From the NCBI GenBank assembly GCA_039028615.1, contig JBCCHT010000053.1, positions 27,802 through 91,801 of the forward strand: DNA of 64,000 nt. Reading direction: 5' to 3'. Position 1 is the stretch's first letter. Each line of letters opens with the position of its first letter. Under the pieces are notes generated by a model. The model saw only the letters and a list, made by a program, of their open reading frames with translations. It had not been told where the DNA came from and did not search any database. The DNA is from Myxococcota bacterium. Lineage in GTDB: Bacteria; Myxococcota_A; Polyangia; Nannocystales; Nannocystaceae. A program made the position numbers and the translations under genes. Shown in pieces: positions 57,991 to 64,000 of this stretch.

Positions 57991-59308
57991 GGCGAACCGC
58001 TTGCGCTTGCACCTCCCCTCGTTACGCATGCTCGATGAAAGGAGTACCCCTGCGCCAGTTGTCTATTCGTATTCACAATGACAGGGTCACCATGCGGATC
58101 GGCATTACGCAGGCGGGAAACGAGCTGCACTACGCGCGTTTCGTATTCGAGGATGACATCGGAAAGAGCCGAAACGACAGTACTTCGATCGCTGAGATCT
58201 CCTCGCATTGGCTGCGTGGCTCTTCTACCAATCACGTTTGCGAAGTCGAACCGCGAGTGCATGCAGAGTGCCCTCGTGATTAGGTGGGCCCAGCTCTGTC
58301 GGTCGCGAGCTTTGCGATGACACAGGTGATGGCCACGGCGACGCGTAGGCATACGAACAAAACCGCGAGAGGCCCGGGATGTGCGGAGTCCTCGACAGCG
58401 GGGCTCGCCAGGCTCCGAGCTTGATGGCACGGAGCACAAGCATCCACAACGAACGGCTCAATAAGGCATCGGTAAAACTCGAGCATGGACACGTCAATTC
58501 ATCGTAGCGGAATCACGAAAACCCCAGACAATCATCGCAGAAACCCAAGTGACTCGAATACGAAGGCTGTCGAGTTTGTCGACCCTCGTCGGCGAGGAAT
58601 GAGTCTAGACGCCGACCCGAGTGCCGAGATCCGCCAGCAAAACATGGCGTCTCACCTTGGCTCCGAGAGGCTCTCTGTCGGCGAGAGATTGTCGAGATCG
58701 GAACCCTCTCAGCCGAAACGACGGGCATCTGCGCCGAGTTGGTACGGGAACGGGTACGACCGAACAGCCTCGTCTGGGCAGAGCTGTTCGGTCGAATTTG
58801 AGGTTACTGCGATTTCCACCTTGTCGAAAACGAAGCTGGTTGTCGTCGACGGATCGTCGTTCTGCCCCGCCGACGAATACGTTGCCACTTGGGGAGGCCG
58901 TAAGAAGAGTTTGGAAGAGCCTAATGCCAGCCCCAGGGCCAAAGAGAACACAATTTCGTCACTTCTTTGATGGGGAACAACGCGGGCATCTCGTCATTCA
59001 TGCACCGCGTCGCTCGAATTTTTCCGCGTTCGTCCGCATGTGAAAGCCATGGAGTTGGTACAAAGGGATGAGACTTGCTCCGCGATGTCCTACGCTTGGC
59101 GGAGGACGCACCTGGGGTTTGATACAGAGAAGACGCAAGCGCAAGCGGGGGCAGATTCGACCAGACCACTACGTGACGAACTGGGGAAGCCTATCGTAGT
59201 AGCGACGGGCCATGGGCGATGAACCAGGTCTCCATCGCAAGCGGGTATTGGCCTTCATCGCGTTTGGCTGCTCGCACTTGTCGCGGAGCTCGGAGCCGAG
59301 GCTGCGAA

Positions 59309-59779
59309 TCAGTCGGCGGTCAAGTCGCCGACGGTTCGCGGGCGCGTTCGCTCGCAGCCGCAGCCGCAGCTCGGTTCGATTTCGGACCAGCCGGGAGCGC
59401 AGTGAACGATGGTTCCGTGGCACATGGCGGGATCCATGCTCAGGTACCAGACGTTGTGAATGTTGGCAGCGTCGGGGCATCGGGCATGGGGAGGACCAGG
59501 ATCGCTCCAGGGGTCCGGCTGAAGTTTGTTCACTGGACTTCCGTCCGACGCAAGACCACTCCGGGTCGCGACATAGAGATCGAGCGCGTGCTCGTACTGG
59601 TCTTCATCGACGGTGCTCGGGTCGGTATGAGTCTCCAGCACCGTCTCGAACTCCTCCTCCAGCTCTGCTTCTCGCACCAGCTCCTGGACTTCCGGGTCGT
59701 CCGCGGCGTCGCATGCGGGCGCCCCCAAGGCGGTGGCAATCAAGGTCATTACGAACAGCGTTTTCTTATTCTTGGTCAT
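59309..59779 (-). CDS. Small lipoprotein with a Cys-rich C-terminal module
   Basis: MTKNKK...LGAPAC lipobox; C..Y....C....C....CGCGC. Confidence 0.7.
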   Translation of the reverse strand: MTKNKKTLFVMTLIATALGAPACDAADDPEVQELVREAELEEEFETVLETHTDPSTVDEDQYEHALDLYVATRSGLASDGSPVNKLQPDPWSDPGPPHARCPDAANIHNVWYLSMDPAMCHGTIVHCAPGWSEIEPSCGCGCERTRPRTVGDLTAD

Positions 59780-60024
59780 GATCTTCGCTTTCCGCGCCAA
59801 GGGACATTCGCGGGCGGCATCCGCCGAAATGTCTCCCTCCGCTTCTCGCCACCTTAGTCGCGGTTCAGCGATGGTTTTATGCTGGGGAAGTGGCCAACGG
59901 ACGAGAATCGGTATCGACTCCGACTCGAGTGTCGAGCCGGACGGTCTCCGGCCCCAAGGGAAGGGGATGACGCATCGACGTCGTCGTGGGGAAAAAGGAG
60001 CTGCGCTCCAGAATCGCGGGGAGA

Positions 60025-60930
60025 TTACTTCGCGCTCCAGGGGGCCTCACGTAGTTCCTCAGCAAGATATTCGACCAACACCCGAACCTTGGACGGTATG
60101 TGTCTGCCACTCGGGAACACGGCGTTCAGCGGGACCAGGTTCGACCACCCGGGGAGAACGCGGACGAGACGGCCATCGCGTAGATGAGTCGCGATATGCG
60201 ACTCGGGAAGGAACGTGATCCCGACGCCGCAGGTCGCAGCCTCCGCGAGCGCGATGCCACTGTTCGCAACCAGGCGTCCCTTGACCGACACCTCGGTCTC
60301 TTCGTCAGTCTGGTCGTTGACCAGGTTCCAGACGTGCGGGACCCGACTGTACGAGTAGACGAGGCAATCATGCTCCTGGAGCTGTTGGGGGGATTCGGGG
60401 ACTCCACGTTCACTCAGGTACGACGGTGATGCAACCAGGATGCGGTGAATCTGCAGCAAGCGTCGCGCAATGAGACTGCTGTCAGGCAACTCCCCGATAC
60501 GAACCGCCAGGTCGAAACCCTCGTCGAGAAGGTCGACCTGCCGGTCGAGGTAGACCAGGTCCATCGTCAAGTGATCGTGGCGGCGCACGAAGTTGGACAG
60601 AGCCCGTGAAAGCCAGACGAGGCCGAGGTTGGTCGGGATCGAAACGCGAAGCTCACCGCGGGGCGAGCCGCTGCTCGCCTCGATGTGTTTGGTGGCCTGC
60701 TCGATGCGCCCGAAGGCTTCGTCGCACTCCGAATAGAGGGTCTGCCCTGCCTCGGTCAAAGCCAGCTTCCGGGTCGTCCGGTGCAGAAGCCTCGCACCCA
60801 GCCGATTCTCCAGACGAGTCACGAGCTTGCTCACATAAGAACTCGAGATGCCGAGACTGTCTCCCGCGGCGGTGAAGCTGCCGGCACGGACGACCGTAAC
60901 GAAGGCCTCAGTTTCGACCAAGTTGCCCAT
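60025..60930 (-). CDS. LysR-family transcriptional regulator
   Basis: FVTVVRAGSFTAAG...SKLVTRLENRLGARLLHRTTR; DLLDEGFDLAVRIG. Confidence 0.95.
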   Translation of the reverse strand: MGNLVETEAFVTVVRAGSFTAAGDSLGISSSYVSKLVTRLENRLGARLLHRTTRKLALTEAGQTLYSECDEAFGRIEQATKHIEASSGSPRGELRVSIPTNLGLVWLSRALSNFVRRHDHLTMDLVYLDRQVDLLDEGFDLAVRIGELPDSSLIARRLLQIHRILVASPSYLSERGVPESPQQLQEHDCLVYSYSRVPHVWNLVNDQTDEETEVSVKGRLVANSGIALAEAATCGVGITFLPESHIATHLRDGRLVRVLPGWSNLVPLNAVFPSGRHIPSKVRVLVEYLAEELREAPWSAK

Positions 60931-61149
60931 TCTTAATCGTAGCGCCTTCCACAACGGTGGAATACCCCGCGTGAGGCAGAGGTGTCTTGCCCCTCGCTCC
61001 GGAGTGGATTCAGGGCTCAGAGGCATCAGTCCTCGTCCTTTTGCCGCGTTGTGCCGACGGGGCACCGATCTCATTCTGGTGGCGAGGGGGGCAACGGCTC
61101 GCGATGCCGCCCCGCGACAGTAGGACAACTAGAGAATCGGAGATCGAAG

Positions 61150-62415
61150 ATGCTGAGGAAGTTTGGAGTTCTTTTTGGGTTCATGGGGCTCGCGTTGAGC
61201 GCCCCTCTGTACGGCTGCGATGGTGACAACGGAGGGGAGGCGCCAGTGGACACCCAGGAGTCGCTGATTCAGTCAGCGGGAGCCCTCGAGTTCGGCGACG
61301 GAAACGTCCTGTTCGTCGGAGATCGGGAAGCGGGACTCGTTCACGCGTTCGACTTCGAGGAAGGAACCTTCCACGATCAGTCCGATTTCATTCTTGGGAG
61401 AGCCTCGACATTCGAGGGCCGGAGGATCGTCAAGGGCATCGACGTAGAGATCGCTTCGATGCTCGGAATCCCAGCCTCCGAGTTGATGATCAACGATCTC
61501 GCGATCCATCCTCCAACGAAACAGATGGTCCTGTCGGTTCACCGTGGAACCGGGCCTGATGCCGAGCCTCTTCTCTTCAAGGTCGACGAAGGCGAGCTCG
61601 AGTTGCTCGACCTCGCGGCGGCCGACCATTCGAGCATCGATGTCGGAACCGTCGACCCAGAGTCCACGCTCGAATTTGGCCAACTCATTCAGAACTACGC
61701 GATTACCGACATCGAGTATCACGATGGTGAGATCTTCGTCGCCGGGGTCTCCGGCGATGACTTCTCGTCCACGATTCGTCGTGCCGGCTACCCCTTCGAG
61801 GAAGAGGCTTCGTTGATCTACACGGAGATCTGGCATGCGGTTCATGCTCAGTTCGAAACCCGAGCCCCAGTGATCGCGCAAGACATCCAGGTGATCGGCG
61901 GTGAGCCCTACCTCGTGGCTGTATATGCCTGTACTCCCCTGGTTCGATTTGCCTTGGCTGACCTCCAAGATGGTGCACAGGTGCGTGGGGATATGATCGG
62001 GGAGCTGGGCTTCGGCAATACTCCGATCGACATCATCTCGTACACCGACCCGTTTGTTCAGGAGCCCGTCTTCCTGGTCACCAATACGAACCGATCGGCG
62101 ACTCGCTTTACCCATGGAGATGTCGGCGCGGCGGTACCGATGGCCTACGAACCCCCCAACGTTTTCGACCAAGCGGGTATCCCGATCTTCGACGTCCCGC
62201 TGGTCGCCCCACAGCAGATGGCGCTGATCGATGAGACGTGGGCAGCCGTGATCCAATCTGATCCAGAGGACCCAGGGACGCTCAACCTGAGGACACTCAA
62301 CGCGCCGTTTTTCTTCGACCGCTCCGATCACCTGGTCGAGATGAACTTCCCCGGTGCTCCCGATCCCTTCGGTTACGGAGAGGCGCCGCCCAAAGACTGG
62401 GAAGACGACGAATGA
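61150..62415 (+). CDS. Uncharacterised lipoprotein (possible beta-propeller)
   Basis: PLYGC lipobox; SAGALEFG..NVLFVGD, INDLAIHP, EIWHAVHAQFETRAPV, YACTPLV and ELGFGNTPID motifs. Confidence 0.85.
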   Translation: MLRKFGVLFGFMGLALSAPLYGCDGDNGGEAPVDTQESLIQSAGALEFGDGNVLFVGDREAGLVHAFDFEEGTFHDQSDFILGRASTFEGRRIVKGIDVEIASMLGIPASELMINDLAIHPPTKQMVLSVHRGTGPDAEPLLFKVDEGELELLDLAAADHSSIDVGTVDPESTLEFGQLIQNYAITDIEYHDGEIFVAGVSGDDFSSTIRRAGYPFEEEASLIYTEIWHAVHAQFETRAPVIAQDIQVIGGEPYLVAVYACTPLVRFALADLQDGAQVRGDMIGELGFGNTPIDIISYTDPFVQEPVFLVTNTNRSATRFTHGDVGAAVPMAYEPPNVFDQAGIPIFDVPLVAPQQMALIDETWAAVIQSDPEDPGTLNLRTLNAPFFFDRSDHLVEMNFPGAPDPFGYGEAPPKDWEDDE

Positions 62416-63548
62416 GCTCCCAACGAACTTGCCGGTTCAATGCCGCCGCCGCGCTCATCACCGCCGCGGCGCTTTCGATAGGCTGTCGCTACTCTGACGA
62501 GCCGGAGGTGCTTCGCACCGAGAATGACTCGAGGCTCGTTCTCAACCACCTGAGCGAATCGCAGCGTGCTTCCATGGCCTCTCGAGCCGGTGAGACCCGC
62601 GTCTTCCTGGACGACCAAGAATCGGGTCCCGGGATGTCTGGGGTTCGAGCAAGCATCGACGGAACCAAGCTGCTCGTGGACTTTGGCTTTCCGCTAAAAC
62701 GGGACCATACGTACACGATTCACCACCCGGCTCTGGAAGAGGCACTCGAGCTGCCGGGAGAACCCAGAGAGGTCTCAGAACCTCGCGTGGTGCGGGTGGT
62801 CCCCGATGCGACGGAGCTGCCTGCCAACGTCCTGCGGCTCTACGTGGTGTTCGACGAACCGATGTCGTCGAAGTTCAAGATGTCGGAGGCGATCGAGATC
62901 GTCGACCTGGAGGATGGCAGCATCGTCGAGGCCGCGCTCCTGGACATCGAACAGCCGCTCTTCGATCGGTCGAACACTCGACTGACCGTGATCTTCAACC
63001 CTGGTCGTACGAAGCGAGGGGTTGGAAGCAACATTGAGGGAGGAGCCCCACTCGAACCCAACCGCCGCTACGCGCTCCGTGTCATTGCTGGTCTCACCGA
63101 CGCGGAGGGGGATCCGATCGAGGTAGCCTTCGAGCATGTCTTCCATACCGTGGAACCCGACCGACGCGCGCTAGAGCCTTCCGTCTGGAGTGTGCAGTCA
63201 CCAGGAGTCGGTACCCGAGATCCAATGGTGATTGACTCGGGTCGTTGGCTGGATCCCTACCAGGCCGGCAGCCGCATCGCATTGCTCAACCCACATGGTC
63301 GAGTTTTCCCGCTACGAGCCACAAGCTCGGGGCAAGAGCTACGATTCACGCCACAGGAGAGTTGGGCCGAGGGTTGTCATACCTTAGTCGTTTCGTCGGA
63401 GTTGGAGGACGTTTCCGGTAACCGTAGCGTCCGCGCCTTCGACGGCGAGGGAAAAGGGACCCGAACTCCGTCACGTCGGCCGATTCCCATTGGCGACCCG
63501 AGAGCGTGCGAGGAACAGGCCCGAGAAACGGGGGAAGTCGACTCATAG
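62412..63548 (+). CDS. Lipoprotein with bacterial Ig-like domains
   Basis: LSIGC lipobox; LPANVLRLYVVFDEPM, GLTDAEGDP and LEDVSGN Big_5-like motifs; ATGA overlap with the upstream gene. Confidence 0.8.
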   Translation: MSSQRTCRFNAAAALITAAALSIGCRYSDEPEVLRTENDSRLVLNHLSESQRASMASRAGETRVFLDDQESGPGMSGVRASIDGTKLLVDFGFPLKRDHTYTIHHPALEEALELPGEPREVSEPRVVRVVPDATELPANVLRLYVVFDEPMSSKFKMSEAIEIVDLEDGSIVEAALLDIEQPLFDRSNTRLTVIFNPGRTKRGVGSNIEGGAPLEPNRRYALRVIAGLTDAEGDPIEVAFEHVFHTVEPDRRALEPSVWSVQSPGVGTRDPMVIDSGRWLDPYQAGSRIALLNPHGRVFPLRATSSGQELRFTPQESWAEGCHTLVVSSELEDVSGNRSVRAFDGEGKGTRTPSRRPIPIGDPRACEEQARETGEVDS

Positions 63549-63859
63549 GCCATGGCGGCATTGTCGGGCCTCGGGTGAAGCCGAGGCACGACAATACGAC
63601 GGTTTCCGCCCAATCAGACATCCCCGCACCGTTCGTCTGCAGCGGCCGTCTCGTTGCGAGCCGCCACCGTAGGCGGCGACCAGGACCGACGCGGTTCGAC
63701 CTATGACCAAGCCCAACGGACGATCGAAGCCATCACGCATCGGGTGCATGCACTTCACTCACTGACGCCCCAACGGTCAATCGCGAGCTGGCGTGCCCAC
63801 TCCAAGGAGCTTGGGTCTCACAGCGCACGCGGCAACTCCATCCCAGCTGTACGTCGTCT

Positions 63860-64000
63860 TGACCTGAGATCGCGAATTTGAACCACGCCCGGCCGGAGCC
63901 TCGGGTAAACCAGAGGAGGCCCCGTGAAACGAAAGAACTACACCGAAGAGCAGATCATCTCGATCCTGAACGAAGCCGAGGCCGGCGTCCCGCCGAAGGA
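63860..64000 (+). mobile_element. Left end of an IS3-family (IS407-group-like) insertion sequence, truncated by the window
   Basis: 5'-TGACCTG... terminus at 63860; GGAGG RBS; GTG at 63924 giving MKRKNYTEEQIISILNEAEAGVPPK (OrfA signature). Confidence 0.85.

Noticed and set aside
58000..59300. Pseudogene or additional CDS
   Set aside because: Only short ORFs with no motifs or codon bias; cannot be supported

Overview
High-GC bacterial chromosome segment. The Ser/Thr kinase plus TPR pair, many Pro/Ala-rich lipoproteins, an FG-GAP protein and FGE-sulfatase suggest a myxobacterium, possibly Nannocystaceae (inference). Bases 1 to ~49.3 kb are densely coding: metabolic genes (hutF, argD-like aminotransferase, selO, molybdopterin oxidoreductase, 4-hydroxybutyryl-CoA dehydratase, second MurE-like ligase plus NlpC/P60), regulators, many secreted proteins, a RES-Xre toxin-antitoxin pair and three repeat-rich intergenic tracts (9.5-10.4, 19.3-20.2, 21.2-21.9 kb). 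From ~49.4-51 kb to the end the DNA is visibly less GC-rich and sparser. It carries LysR-regulated modules and several putative exported effectors and ends in the left end of an IS3-family element. Most notable: (1) a dispersed repeat family whose orientation tracks kb-scale G/T versus C/A strand-skew domains that even flip synonymous codon usage inside one gene, each locus carrying its own tandem array; (2) a lipoprotein with a CNF1-like LTGC-x14-H deamidase motif; (3) a stand-alone IS1634-transposase-like N-terminal protein; (4) a caspase/CHAT-like DUF6642-type protein; (5) a LemA protein and its neighbour sharing a PilP-like domain. No tRNA, rRNA or CRISPR array was found. All family assignments are by eye, with no database searches.
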